NCBI GenBank assembly: GCA_025558095.1
Contig: JAIVFI010000005.1
Location: forward strand, 806,001-870,000
Reading direction: 5' to 3'
Source of the DNA: Hyaloraphidium curvatum SAG 235-1
Taxonomy: Eukaryota; Fungi; Monoblepharomycota
Length of the DNA: 64,000 bases
The notes under the pieces were generated by a model, which saw nothing but the letters and a program-made list of their open reading frames with translations, was not told the origin of the DNA and ran no database searches. The translations under genes and the position numbers were made by a program. Of this stretch, positions 21,141-33,505 are shown piece by piece (the stretch's first letter is position 1; every line of letters starts with the position of its first letter).

Positions 21141-22421
21141 ATGCCCTCCAAGATCGACCCGAAGGACCTTTCGACCTTTCCTACCCTTGCGTCTGTCCGC
21201 GTCAATGGGATCACCATGAGTCCGTGCCCCGGCAGTGCGTCAGACGCGCCCTCACCCCCGAACAGAGTACGTCGACATCCCCGCCGAGGGCACGCAGCGC
21301 GGCACGGTCGTGTTCGTACACGGGGTACGTGGCAGACCATGCACCGCTCCTCGTTTCTTGGTCGAACGCGCCCTCTTTATCAGTTTCCGGAGTTCTGGGC
21401 GGAATGGCGGTACCAGCTGGCGTGGGCCATGTCTCCCGCATGTGCCTCCCGCTCCGCTCACAGCCGCACAGCTACTTCTCCTCGAAAGGATACCGCTGCA
21501 TCGCCATGAACACGCGCGGATACAACGGGAACGAGCCCCACGCGGGGGAAAAGGACGTCGAGGTGCGGGACAAGAACTTCGGCATGGGACAGATGGCGCA
21601 GGACATCAAGGAGCTCCTCGACCACCTGGGGATCAAGAAAATGTTCCTCGTCGGGCACGATTGGGGATCCGTTGTCGTCCAGCGGTTCGCGCTGCTCCAC
21701 CCGGACTACGTCGAGAAGCTTGTCACCATCTGCATCCCGTACAACCCTCCGGCCGACCCGTTCGTTCCTTTGGACGAGGCGGTGAAGGTCGTGCCGATAG
21801 TCAGCTACCAGCGCTACTTCTGCACCGACAAGGCCGAGAAGGACATTAACGAAAACATCGAAGAGTTCATTGGTGGGTTGCTGGTTCGGCGCCTTTCGGT
21901 CCGGTGTCTCACAAACGCGCCTCAAGACATCTTCTTCCGCTACGGTGACCCGAAGATCGGCGGCGTCACCATCGGCGACATGTGCCACGCCGTCTCCCCC
22001 ACCAACGGCATCATCGACTGGGCCCGGTCGCTCGCCCTCCCGAAATCCACCCTCCTCTCCGAATCCGAGGCCAAGGAGTACGCGGATTTCTACCGCTCCA
22101 TAGGCGGGATCAACGGACCGCTGCAGTACTACCGCAGCGGCGCGCAGAGCGCCAGGGACTTCAAGGGCAAAGGGCCGGGGATCAACGTCAAGACGCTGTT
22201 CGTTGCGTGCGAGTTCGACCCGTTCTGGAAGGAGCCCTACGTGCTGGGCAACCAGCTGGTGCCGGGGATCGAGGCCAAGGTGGGATTGGTGCTGCGATTT
22301 GGGACGACGTGGCGGCCCGCTCACATGTTGTGCGCAGATGATCAAGGGCGCCGGTCATTGGGTCGCGTACGAGAAGCCCGACGAGCTGAACAAGGTGATC
22401 GAGGAGTTCATCGAGGCATAG
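21141..22421 (+). CDS. soluble epoxide hydrolase-like alpha/beta hydrolase, multi-exon
   Basis: Spliced HG|FPEFWAEWRYQL, RGYNG, VGHDWGS, PLQYYR, GAGHWVAYEKPDELN. Confidence 0.9.
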
Positions 22422-22468
22422 ACGGCAACTCGTGCTGGTATTTCATTATTGTACAGAAGGAGCAAAGA

Positions 22469-25400
22469 TTATGCCGGTCCGGGCCCAGGCGTGAACCCGG
22501 GTGACGTCGCAACGGGGTACTGCCCCTCGCCGAGGCTCGGGGGCGACGGCATGCCCTGCACAGACGGTTGCGGAGTGCCTCCGCCGCCCGATCCAGAGAA
22601 CCCGAAATCGAAGGACATCTCGGCCTGGCGGAGCTGGTTCCCGTCCGCAGCCATGCCGGGGTCCGCGGGAAACATCTGCGCCGGATCGGCCACACCCAGG
22701 CCGCCAAACTGCGCCGCGCGCTGCTGGTTCGCGAATGCCAGCGACCGCAGGAGCTCCTGCGCCTGCGGGGATGCCACGCCGGCCTGCTGCTGGTGGAGGA
22801 GGAACGCGAGCTGCTGCCCCGACAGCGGCACTGCGCTGCGCGGCCGGGCCTGCTGGCGCTGCTGCTGCGCCTGGGCCAGCCGGAACTGCGCCAGCCGCGG
22901 ATCCTGCGCGAACTGCGCGGCGCCGGCGTGCTGCGGGTTCTCCAGCAGCAGGCGCTGGGCGTACTGGTGCAGCTGCGCCGTGCCGGGGTTGGCGCCAAGC
23001 GCGACGGCCGCCGATTGCGCGCCGATCGCCTGGATCAGGTTGGTCTGCCGCGCCTGCGAACGCTGAGCGGCGTCGGGGGCAGGGTAGTACATCTGCCCCG
23101 GGGCCGTCTGGGTGCGACGGGGGGCGGGGGCGGGGTTGCGGATGCCCTGGGCGGCCTCGACGGCCGCGGTGATGGCCTTTGCTGCCACCCGTGCCGTGGC
23201 GGACGGCGCGGGCTGAGCTGGCTGCACAAGCTGCGCTGGTTGCGATGACTGCACAGGCTGCGATAGCTGCTCGGGCTGCGCGGGGGGGTTGCAGACGGGC
23301 TGTGCAGGCGGGGTGCCGGGGGAGGAAAGGGGGGAGTCGATCGTGGGTGCCTTGGGCGAAGACACCTGGGCGGGTTCCGGCCGCCCCGCAATAGCCTGCC
23401 GTGCGGCGGCGTTGCCCTTGCCTTTCCGCGCAGCAGCGGCGCCGGGTTCCTTCTTGACCGCGGGTGCCCGCGCCGGCTTCTTCTTGGGCCTTTCCGGCGC
23501 CGTGGGCTGGGGTTCCGGCTCGGCTTGCGGCGCCCGCGTCTTGGACCTTTCCGGCGCTGGGGGCTGGGGTTCTGGCTCGGGTTGCGGCGAAAACGCGGGC
23601 ACCTCGACCGCGGCAGGTGCCTCGACCGCGGCGGGTGCCGCCGCCACCGGTTCCTGCGCAACTCCCGCGCTTCCCGGCCCGCTCAACACCCTCCGCACCG
23701 CATCCTCGACCACCGACCCGATCCCCCTCGCCGCCGTCGCCCGCAGGATCCGCACCTCCCCGCGCAGCTCGCTCCGTTCCTTCCGCAGCATCTGCACCTC
23801 CTCGCGCAGCTCGTCCCGCTCCTTCCGCACCTTGACCAGCTCCTTTGCCACGTCGACCTCCCAACGCGCGACCTCGGAGTCGCGCAGGGCCGTGGCGGCT
23901 TGGACGGCGCGGGCGAGGTGGCCGGACAGTTCGGCGGCGAAATGGTTCTCCGCGTCGGTGGGGGCGGCGGAGAGAAACGCCGAGATGGAGCGCTGGAAGT
24001 TCGGGGAGGAGGAGGTAGGGTCGTCGCCCGCCGGGGGCAGGGCTGCCGGTTGTGCGGGGAAGGTCGCGGCCCGGGGAGCAACGGGGGAGCTGCTCGCGGC
24101 CGCCGTCGACTCGGAGCCCGGCGTCCCGGAGCCCGCGGCGATGACCTCCCTGGCACTTTTGGCCATGGGGTTGGGCAGCGCGCCGCCACCGGCCCACGGC
24201 ACGAAGAGCAGGTTGGGCGCGCCGGGCACTCCCTTCCATTTCTGCGCTGGGGCCGGCGCAGCGTTGGGATCCTCCGGGGGCGCCGCGGGCAGCGACTCCG
24301 TCGGTGCCGCTTTTGCAGCCCTTGCGGCTGCCGCCACCTCGGGCCCATATGCCGCCAGCCATTCCTCCGTCGCTTGGAACCCCGGCAGGGGGTTGGCCGC
24401 GATCCACTCCTTCAGCGTCCTCGGCGCCCCCGGCTTCATCATCCCAAGGCCGGCCGCCAGCGCCGCCACGTTGTCCAGCCGCTTGGGCGGCGTGAGCACG
24501 AGCACGTTGCCGCCCGGGTGTTGAGCGCGGGAGCGGAGGAAGCGCAGGCACGAGGCGAACTGCACGCGCCAGAGTCGGAGCTCCCAGTGCGGGCAGTCGG
24601 CAATGGGGTCGGGGTGCGGGACGCGGGAGGGGAGGGCGGCGAGGAGGGGGATGAGGGAGCGGGCGGGGAGGCAGAAGACGGCGATTTGGGCGAGCTGCGG
24701 TGCGGGGTTATGAGGAGTGTCAGCATCTTGCCAGCCTGGCAAATGAAAAACACCCACGTTCAGCTCGATCACCTTGGCCCGCATTATGTGGGCGATCCGG
24801 TGGTTCCACACGCCGTTGCCAACGCGAAGCGAGCCCCACTCGGTCATCCGTTCCTTGCCTTTGGTCGAGCACAGGTCGGCGAACCTGTCCAGGAGCACCC
24901 GTCCGTGCAGTATGGCCCGCTCTGCCACGACCAGGGAAGAGCACTTCCACACAGAAAAACGCGCGGCGTCCACGGCAGTAAATGTGGAGAACGAGACGGG
25001 GAGCAGCGGGCCCCACGCCGCGGGCCGGCGGATCCGGGCAGGATCGGGCGGTACGCTGTCGAAATAGGGCTGGGAGCCACCGGGGTGGTCGGTATCGTCC
25101 GAATCGGGCAGCTGGTCGGCGATGGTCTCGACAAACGCGGCCGATAGAAGTCGCGAAGGGGGTTTCGGCGGCTTCGGAGGAGCGTGTGGCGGCCCGGCGG
25201 CCGAATCGTCGGCGATGTCGGCGAGCGCCTCTGCAAAACCCTCCGAAATTGATGGCGTTGGCGTCGACGGCGGGCCGGGCGGGGCAGGCGAGCCCCCCGT
25301 GCTTCGCGGCACGCGCGGTGTCGCCCCCGGCTCCCCCGCCGGCCCCGGCGCCGCGGGCCCCGCCGCGACGCCGCCGTCATTTTCCCATAATTCCTCCTCC

Positions 25401-25588
25401 ACGGCGCCGCCGTCGCCGTCGATTTCGGCGAAGGAGCGCTTCCGCCCGCGGGGGACGTCCGCCGCGTCCTCCGCCGGCGAGGAAGTCGTCGACGCCGCGT
25501 CATCGGTGTCGTACGCGTTCAGGCCGGGGAGGTGTCGCCGCCGCGTGGTCGCCATGCCCGGCGGCGGCGCGGCGGGATCCGCCTCCAT
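22469..25588 (-). CDS. large low-complexity protein (acidic/Pro N-terminus, central globular region, coiled coil, Gln-rich C-terminus), probably nuclear
   Basis: ORF of over 1000 aa; RGRKRS NLS-like motif; ELVKVRKERDELREEVQMLRKERSELR coiled coil; probable in-frame intron near 24700-24760. Family not recognised. Confidence 0.65.
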   Translation of the reverse strand: MEADPAAPPPGMATTRRRHLPGLNAYDTDDAASTTSSPAEDAADVPRGRKRSFAEIDGDGGAVEEELWENDGGVAAGPAAPGPAGEPGATPRVPRSTGGSPAPPGPPSTPTPSISEGFAEALADIADDSAAGPPHAPPKPPKPPSRLLSAAFVETIADQLPDSDDTDHPGGSQPYFDSVPPDPARIRRPAAWGPLLPVSFSTFTAVDAARFSVWKCSSLVVAERAILHGRVLLDRFADLCSTKGKERMTEWGSLRVGNGVWNHRIAHIMRAKVIELNVGVFHLPGWQDADTPHNPAPQLAQIAVFCLPARSLIPLLAALPSRVPHPDPIADCPHWELRLWRVQFASCLRFLRSRAQHPGGNVLVLTPPKRLDNVAALAAGLGMMKPGAPRTLKEWIAANPLPGFQATEEWLAAYGPEVAAAARAAKAAPTESLPAAPPEDPNAAPAPAQKWKGVPGAPNLLFVPWAGGGALPNPMAKSAREVIAAGSGTPGSESTAAASSSPVAPRAATFPAQPAALPPAGDDPTSSSPNFQRSISAFLSAAPTDAENHFAAELSGHLARAVQAATALRDSEVARWEVDVAKELVKVRKERDELREEVQMLRKERSELRGEVRILRATAARGIGSVVEDAVRRVLSGPGSAGVAQEPVAAAPAAVEAPAAVEVPAFSPQPEPEPQPPAPERSKTRAPQAEPEPQPTAPERPKKKPARAPAVKKEPGAAAARKGKGNAAARQAIAGRPEPAQVSSPKAPTIDSPLSSPGTPPAQPVCNPPAQPEQLSQPVQSSQPAQLVQPAQPAPSATARVAAKAITAAVEAAQGIRNPAPAPRRTQTAPGQMYYPAPDAAQRSQARQTNLIQAIGAQSAAVALGANPGTAQLHQYAQRLLLENPQHAGAAQFAQDPRLAQFRLAQAQQQRQQARPRSAVPLSGQQLAFLLHQQQAGVASPQAQELLRSLAFANQQRAAQFGGLGVADPAQMFPADPGMAADGNQLRQAEMSFDFGFSGSGGGGTPQPSVQGMPSPPSLGEGQYPVATSPGFTPGPGPA

Positions 25589-25999
25589 CTCCCCGGGGTG
25601 GGACGCGGAGCGCTTCTCAACGAAGGTTCCACCGCCGATCGTCGACCACCCACCGAACACGGGAAGCAGGCTAAGAGGAAGCTGCGGATCCGATCGAGCT
25701 CTTCAGGATGTATTGCATCCGAGAGATTCCGATTTTGATTTCAGTCTCTCTTGGGATGCGACAGCGCCGCGGTCGACTCAGGTCGCCATCAGTGATTTCG
25801 CCTTTCGTTCCCGTGTCTCCGGCAAGTCCTTCCCCTTCGGCTGTCGACGGATCTTAGGATAGCTTGATTTCTTTGCTGTCCGGCCGAAAACTGCTGGATT
25901 TCCGGTCTTGGACGTCGATTGCCCTCCTTTGCCACACACCACCAACCGCGACCACTCGCCGGTCCGCATCCTCCCCGCCCACCTCGGGTTGCGCCCACG

Positions 26000-26916
26000 A
26001 TGGCCCGCAATTTCAAAGATTTCCACCTCTTTTCCCGGAAAGTCATCGGCATCGGCCGCAACTTTGCCGAGCACGCCAAGGAGGTGCCTCCCCGCTCGGC
26101 GAGCCTCCGTCGCCTTCTGACCGACGCGGTGCCCCTTCGCAGCTCGGCAACGCGGTCCCGACGCGCCCCATGTTCTTCCTGAAACCCCCGTCGTCGATCG
26201 TGCTCCAACCGAACCCGGTAGAGCAACCGAAGGACGTTGAGCTCCACCACGAAAGTCCGTCCCCGCGCCGCGCCCCCCTCTCCTTCACTCACCTCGCCTC
26301 GCGCGGCAGTCGAGCTCGGCGTCGTCATTTCCCGCAGCGGCCGCGACATCCCCGCCTCGCAGGCCGGCGACCACGTGGCGGGGTACTGCCTCGCGTTCGA
26401 CATGACGGCGCGCAACGTGCAGGACCGCGCCAAAAGGGCCGGGGCGCCGTGGAGCGAGGCCAAGGGGTTCGATACGTTCACGGCGATCGGGTGCGGATAT
26501 CGCGTGGCGGGGAAGGAGGATTGGGCTGACGGGTCGTTGCAGGCCGTTCCTGCCGAAAGAAAAGGTGCCGGATCCGCACGACGTCAGGCTGTGGTGCTCC
26601 GTAGACGGCGCGATAAAGCAGGACGGCACGACGCGGGACATGATCTTCAAGTACGGCGGCGCGCTCTTTCCCCGCGTTCTTCCCTCTAACCGGCGGGCAA
26701 CAACCCAGGATCCCCGACCTCATATCCCACGTCTCGCAGATAATGACCCTCGAGGAGGGCGATCTCATCCTCACCGGCACCCCGGCGGGGGTCGGCAAGG
26801 TGGAGGCGGGGCAGGTGCTCGAGGCCGGGATGGGCAGCGGGGCGGACAAGGAGGGTCTGGGGAGGATCAGGTTTCCCGTGGTGCGGAGGCCGGGGAAGGG
26901 GATGTACGGGTGGTAG
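26000..26916 (+). CDS. FAHD1: fumarylacetoacetate hydrolase domain protein (FAHD1/FMP41-like); 4 introns
   Basis: KVIGIGRNFAEHAKELGN, FFLKPPSS, HHEIELGVVI, DMTARNVQ, AKGFDTF, TLEEGDLILTGTPAGVG. Confidence 0.92.
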
Positions 26917-27187
26917 AAACCGTCTCTCGTGGCGTGCAGATTGCTGGCATAGGATGCACTGAGGCGACGGTCTGGTCTGGTCGATCCGCCGGACATGCGG
27001 TCCGGGCCGTCCCCTGAAAAACGCGAGCGCTTCCGATCCGGCGCTCGGCGACGAAAAGCCCAAGATCCATCTGTCGACCCCAAGAATGGTTGCGAAGGCC
27101 GCGGCGGCTGAAGCCAAGCGCAAGGACAGCAGCCCACCAGCCCAAGTCCGTCAGACCTGTGACGAACTCGAACTCGGTCGGCCGCAA

Positions 27188-29332
27188 ATGCGCTTATCCC
27201 TGGCGCTCCCGCTCGTGGCGCTCCTCGCAGCGGCCGCAGCGGCCGCCCCGCACCCCTGGCTCGCCGTGTCGTCCGACGGCCAGCAGCCTCCGCAGCAAGT
27301 GATCCCCGGAGCCCAGAGCGATGCCCTCCCCGATCCGGGCTTCGTTGCGAGCATGCCGCCGAACTTCACCCGGACCGGCAATGCGTTTGCGATCTCCGTC
27401 GGGGTGGCCAACGGAACGTTCCTGCCTCTGGCCCCGCTCCCCAGCGAACGGTTTGTCATTGGAAACGACGACAGGGTCCGCGTTCACTACACCTTGTCAC
27501 ACCCCTGGAGCACCATCGTCATGCTGGATGTTGACGGGGGCCTCTGGTGGGTGCCGCGCGTGTCGGCCGGCTGGCGCCGACGCTGTTGTGGACGTTTCTG
27601 ACGGCGGCGGCTTCAGTTCTGGCGCCATAATCGGCAGGTGGCACGTCCTGACGGCGGCACACTGCATCTACAAGGACTTGGGCGATGGTGTTCCTGGATT
27701 TCACGATCGTAGGACGATATGGGTCACACCCGGACGGAACGAGGACTATTGGCCCTTCGGTCGGGTTGCGGTGCACCGGATGTGGGTGCCGAGCAGATAC
27801 GCGGAGCTCGCGCAGAACAGGTTAGTCGTGTTGCGTCCTCCGGGAGCGGTCCATGGAGGCGCCAGGGCTCACCGGGTCGACCAGCGCGTACAACTCGCAA
27901 CTTGCCGACTTCGACTACGCTGTGATCGAGCTCTGGACGCCAATTGGCGACATCACTGGAACGCTCGGCTTTGGGTACGGGACGAGCTACAGGGGCTGGA
28001 TGAACACTGCGGGGTACCCCGGGGACAAGCCACTTGGCACCATGTGGTTTGTCAGCTGCCAACATGACTTCGACGCCACCAAGGTTCAGTTTCACACCCA
28101 TTGCGACATTTTGGGCGGACAATCGGGCTCGCCGTTTTTCGGCATGAACAACCGCGGTCAATGTGGGTTTCTCCCCCGCTAGCCGGAGCCCGCAGGAGGC
28201 TGTCGCATCAAGCTGACGTTCGTCGCAGACATTATAGTTGGCATCGTCGGCTGGGGCAGTCCCTCAGTCAATGGCGGGCGTGCCATCACCGAGGATGTGT
28301 GGAGGTTCATTCACCAGGTCTACCCCAACCCGGCGACCCAGCCGCCCGATCCCTGCGATGCCGGCAGGGGCGGTTGCACTGGAGTCGCAAGGTGCTTCTT
28401 CATTACAGAGTATGGGACGGTATCATGCATCTGGTAGGAGCCAATCGTGCAGCAAGAAGCGCGCGTCTGAATACCCGTGCAGCCTTGGGATAGGAGACGG
28501 ATGGGGCAGGGGATGCTTGCCGCCCCCAGACCCCTGCCTGACCAGCAACGGGGGCTGCCATCCGCAGGCTACATGCACCAATAACGACGGCTGGCCCAGC
28601 TGCTCGTGTCCTGCTGGGTGGACGGGCGATGGGCGCAGCTTCTGCTTGCCACCGAACCCGTGTTCAATTGCGAACGGCGGATGCCACGCGCAGGCCACGT
28701 GCGAGAACCGGGGCACATATGCGCAATGTACCTGCCCCCCCGGATGGCTCGGAGACGGCCATTCTTGCGCTCCCCCGTCTGTGGACCCTTGCCTTTCCAA
28801 TAACGGCGGCTGCCATCCGCAGGCCATCTGCACCAATAATGCCGGCAGGGTAAACTGCGCGTGCTTCGGCGGATGGACGGGCAACGGGTGGTCCTGCTCG
28901 CCGCCAAACCCATGCCTAAGGAACAACGGCGGATGCCACGCGCAGGCCACGTGTACAAACAGCAACGGCTGGGCGTGGTGCTCGTGCAGGAGCGGATGGA
29001 CCGGGGACGGCTACCGCTGCGAGCAAGCACGTCCCAAGGTCGGCGTCCGCATCGCCGTCATGAACACCTCGGTACGGCGCGGACGACGGGTCGATCTGAG
29101 GGCGACTCTCACCCGGGTTGACAACCGGCGCGCGATCTCCGGGGTGCGACTTGTGTTCCGCATTGGGAACCGCGACGTGGGGAGCGCGACCACCAACTCG
29201 CAGGGCGTGGCTACGTTCTCCTACTCGGCACCGACGTCCCTTGCTAGGGGCCATCAGACGGTGACGGTGCGATTCGGGGGAAGCTCGAGCTTTAGCTCGG
29301 GCTCGTCGACGGGCAGGCTGGCGGTAACTTAA
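27188..29332 (+). CDS. secreted V8/glutamyl-endopeptidase-like serine protease with 5 EGF-like repeats and a C-terminal Ig-like domain, multi-exon
   Basis: Signal peptide, VIGNDDR, LTAAHC, DFDYAV, GYPGDK, GGQSGSP (H-D-S triad); repeats xPCxxNNGGCHxQATCxN....CxCxxGWxGxG..C; beta-rich tail VGSATTNSQGVATFSY. Confidence 0.85.
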
Positions 29333-29583
29333 GCGGGGTATGCGGTGCGCGCAGGCTGGCAACTATCGGAGCTCAGGCGCCGCATGTCCGCGTATGGATA
29401 GGCTTGCATTGAATTGATATTTCCGACAAACAACCATCACATGATCAGTCCCGTCCCCCGCCTCCACCGTGTCCTGCTGTAGTCCGCCCGGTGGCGTTGT
29501 TCCGCGCATCCCGCCTCCTCGTGATTGAGGCGCTTCATCAGACAGCCGAGCCTTAACGCACCAAACATTAAGCCGGCAGCACT

Positions 29584-30332
29584 ATGCCCTCCCCCGGTAC
29601 CAACCTCGCGCTCGTGGCCTTCACCCATCTGGCCCTGCGCCGCGCTGCAGCCCTCGATGCCCTCGCAGCCTCTGGCTTGCCGAGTCTCCCTGCGCTCGAA
29701 TACCCCTCCGACCTGGCCGATCCCGACGCCATCTTCGCGTGGTCGCAGCAGCGCTACAAGGAGCTAAACGTGACGTTCCCGCCCGAGCTGCCGGCGGCGA
29801 GGGCGGACAAGGACTGTGGCGGATGCCCGCGCGGCAAGGTTCAGAGGCAGTCGGATCGCAAGAAGGAGTCTGATGGGTGGGCCCGGATCGCTTTGCAAAC
29901 CGCGTCAGGAGCCCAACTGATTGTTTCCGCCCGCCACAAACTGCAGATGCTCGGTGGTGCCCGATCTCTGGTTCAAGAAGTGCTGCAACGGCCACTACAG
30001 CTGCTACCGTAAGTGAAGCCAAGCACGCCGACCCCCGCAAACGGATACCGATCTCTCGCTTCCCGCCCCCGCACAGAAACCTGCGGCTCCAAAAAGCTCC
30101 GTTGCGACACGTCGTTCCTCGCGTGCATGCACGATCGCTGCTCCGAGTCAATTTCCTCCTCAGGTCCAAATGCCGCGACGCCGCCAACGCCTACTTTGCG
30201 GGGGTGGTGGCGCTCGGCGGTGCGGCCCACTGCAAGGATCAGGAGAAGTACTGCGAGTGCGCTGCAGCGGGGGGCGGCACGCGGTGCAGGAGGGGAAAAA
30301 GGCTGGAAGGAAGGAGGGAAGTCGCGTGCTAA
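29584..30332 (+). CDS. secreted phospholipase A2 group XII-like protein; frame break near 30143
   Basis: After splicing: DGCSVVPDLWFKKCCNGHYSCYQTCGSKKLRCDTSFLACMHDRC..CRDAANAYFAGVVALG..QEKYCEC, the PLA2G12 Cys pattern. Confidence 0.65.
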
Positions 30333-30535
30333 GCACCATCCCGCGGGATTGCAAAGTTGTGTGAATCAGTCAATCCAATCTCGATGAAGCAATCGCCGCT
30401 TTTGCAGCCGAGATCCGTGCCTCGTTTGCGGCGTGTGGGGAAAGCGGACGAGGATGATGGCAAGGACGGCCGGACACGTCACCACCCCCCTCCACCCTCC
30501 CGCGCGTCCACCAGAGTTCGCCCATCTTGGCCACC

Positions 30536-32486
30536 ATGGAGGATCCCCACCCAGTAGCTCGGTCCCTTAGTGCCGCGCGGTTGCCATCGGGCGTCCTGCA
30601 TGCGTTCGAACGCCGCACCTCGGACAAGCGGCTTGACTTCGGCGACGGCCTCGTCATCATCTTCCCCTGCCGCGCGGCCCCGGCCGAAGCCGTCGCGGAC
30701 CCGGAAGGCACCCTCGCCGAGGAGCTGGTGCCGCACGACGACACCCCTGAGACCCCGATCGAGAAGTTCCGCGAGCGCCGCGCGTCCGACCTCTCCGACT
30801 TCCGCGTCGTCAAGTTCGAGCCCGGCGAGCAGAGCAACCCGCAGAACTGGTCCGAGGGGAAGAAGTGGTTCTGGACGATGTTTGGGAGCTTCCTCGTGCT
30901 CAACGCCACGCTGGCGAGCTCCGCGCCGTCGGGCGTCGCGACGCTGATGGCGGAATACTTCGACGCATCGCACATGCAGGTCACCCTCATCATCTCGCTG
31001 TTCGTTCTCGGCTACGTCGTCGGACCCCTGATCTGGGCGCCCCTGTCTGAGGTCTTTGGGCGAAGGCCGGTCTACATGATCTCGTTCGCTGGCTACACCG
31101 CCTTTAACCTCGGATGCGCGCTCGCAACCACCATCGGGGAGATGCTGGCGTTTCGGTTCCTTGCAGGGTGGGCGGCTTTTGACGAACTCGATTACCATTG
31201 TGCGCTGATCTGGTTTCGCGTTGATTTGCCGCCCAGCACCTTCGCCGCTGCCCCGATCACCAATTCCGGAGGCGTCCTCACCGACATCTGGGAGCCCAAG
31301 GACCGGGGCAGGCCCATGGCCTACTTCGGTCTCGCCCCCTTTGCTGGCCCCGTGCTCGGCCCCGCGATCTCGGGCTTCATGGGGATGCGCTTTGGTTCGC
31401 ACCAGCCTCTGTTCTGGCTCCTCTTTGCCTTCTCGGGGGTCTGCTTCGTGGCGCTGCTGTGGATGCCCGAGACGTACGGGCCGGTGTTGCTCCGCCGCAG
31501 GGCCGAGCGGCTGAGGGAGGAGACGGGGAGGACGGTGGACGAGTGCAGGGCGCCGATCGAGGCCAGCGGGCGGACGATCGGGCAGGTAGTCGCCACGAGC
31601 TTCGCGAGACCGCTGAGCTTCCTGGCTACGGAGCTGATCGGTGGGTGCTAGGCATCTTCTCGTCGTTGCCGCAACGCCACGACCCGGAGATTGTGGTACC
31701 CACAGTTTCGCTCGTCACGCTCTACACCAGCTTCGTCTACGGCGTGCTCTACTTGCTCTTCGGCACCTTCGTAAGCTCCACGCCAGCCGCGATCGTGACC
31801 AGCTAAACTCCGGGGCAGCCGATCGTCTTCGTCGGCATCTACCACTTCAACCCCGGCCAATCCGGCATCGCCTTCCTCTCCATCGGCATCGGCGCGTTTT
31901 TCTCCATCCTCGTCCTGAACAGGGTCTTCAACGCACTCTACCTCCGCCGCCCCGACCCGCACGGCCGCCTCGTCCCGGAATGGCGCCTCCCCAGCTGCTT
32001 CGTTGGCGGCCCGCTGTTTGCCCTCTCCATGTTCTGGTTCGGATGGACTGCCAATCCCTCGATCCACTGGATCGTCCCGGCGCTGGCGGGGATCCCGATG
32101 GGCGCGGGCGTGGTGGGGGTGTTCACGGCCACGCAGAGCTACCTGGCGGATTGCTACGGTATTTATGCGGCCAGCGCGATCGCAGCCAATACGGTCGCGA
32201 GGAGCACGTTCGGGTTCGCGTTCCCGCTGTTCTCGCAGCAGAGTGGGTGCCCAGTCGCCGCGGAGTTGGGCCGGTCGATGACGCCTCCGAACAGTGTACG
32301 GCTCTCTCGGCGTCGCGTGGGCATCCACGGTGCTCGGGTTTGCAGGACTGGCCCTCGTTCCCGTTCCTTTCCTCTTCTTCAGGTGAGCTGGTCGTGGCAC
32401 CGGCTGATCGCGGGGGGCTCATTTCCTCTGCGACATCAAGGTACGGCGAGCGCATCCGGGCGCGATCCAAATTTGCGAGGAGCTAG
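30536..32486 (+). CDS. MFS drug:H+ antiporter (DHA1 family), multi-exon
   Basis: NPQNWSEGKKW, GPLIWAPLSEVFGRRPVY, DIWEPKDRG, MPETY, PEWRL, YLADCYGIYAASAIAAN, YGERIRARS. Confidence 0.93.
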
Positions 32487-32667
32487 AAAGATGCTAGAGT
32501 AGCTGATTGATGAGCAGTAAGGCCGCTGTCCGGAGATAGCTTGATCGAGTACGGCTGCGGCCTTCTGAGAGGCCAAAAAACGCGTCGTCACGGCAAGGTC
32601 GATTTCGGCACGATTCGCGACTCAAGACGCGCCTCTATCTGTTGAATCAAAGCTGATATTATTGAAC

Positions 32668-33429
32668 ATGGCTTTGCCGTGGCGTCTGGACGGCCGCCGC
32701 GTCCTGATTACGGGTGCCTCTCGGGGAATCGGCGCAGCCATCGCGGAAGCACTCGCCGGCGCCGGCGCCTCGGTCGCCGTCAATGCCGCGACACCGGAAT
32801 CGGAGGAGTGCGCCGCGCTCGCCGCGAAGCTCAACGGATTCGCGCTGCCGCTGGACCTCGGCCCGCCCGGCAGCGGCAAGCTCCTTGTGCGGCAGGCCGA
32901 GGCCGCGCTGGGGGGCCCGATCGACGTGCTCGTGCTCTGCGCGGCGATCCAGATCGAGCGCGAGTGGGACGAGGCGCTGCCCGAGGACATGGACCTGCAA
33001 TGGAGCATCAACCTCCGCGAATCCCTCGTCCTCGCGCAGACCATCGTCCCCGGCATGTGCGAGCGTGGCTGGGGCCGAGTGGTGGGCATCTCCTCGGTGC
33101 AGAACGCGCGGCCGCACCCGCGGATGATGGCCTACGCGGCGCTCAAGGCCGGCCTTACCAACGCACTGCGCAACCTGGCAATCGTCGTCGCGGGCAAGGG
33201 GGTCACCGTGAACGTGATTTCCCCTGGGGCAATGGACACGCCGCGGAACGAGCCGCTGCTGAAGGACCCGGCGGCGCTGGACAGGATGCTGCAGCGGATC
33301 CCGATGGGGAGGCTGGGGAGGGCGGACGAGTGCGGGGGGGCTGCGCTTTTCCTCTGCTCCGACGCCGCGGGGTACGTCACGGGGGCCGACATCCCGGTCG
33401 ACGGCGGGCTGGCGCTCGGCGGTTTGTGA
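32668..33429 (+). CDS. classical SDR oxidoreductase (FabG/gluconate 5-dehydrogenase-like), intron-less
   Basis: TGASRGIG, YAALK, VNVISPG, IPMGRLG, YVTGADIPVDGG. Confidence 0.92.
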   Translation: MALPWRLDGRRVLITGASRGIGAAIAEALAGAGASVAVNAATPESEECAALAAKLNGFALPLDLGPPGSGKLLVRQAEAALGGPIDVLVLCAAIQIEREWDEALPEDMDLQWSINLRESLVLAQTIVPGMCERGWGRVVGISSVQNARPHPRMMAYAALKAGLTNALRNLAIVVAGKGVTVNVISPGAMDTPRNEPLLKDPAALDRMLQRIPMGRLGRADECGGAALFLCSDAAGYVTGADIPVDGGLALGGL

Positions 33430-33505
33430 GGGGAGTATGTGTTCTAGTTCTAGTTCTCTAGCAGAGTGCAGTGTGGGTATCGAGATGTACAGAGAATTCC
33501 AACTG

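Noticed and set aside
28500-29020. Regularly spaced ~120-bp repeats as a CRISPR-like array
   Set aside because: They are in-frame EGF-coding repeats with synonymous variation; no cas genes or unique spacers.
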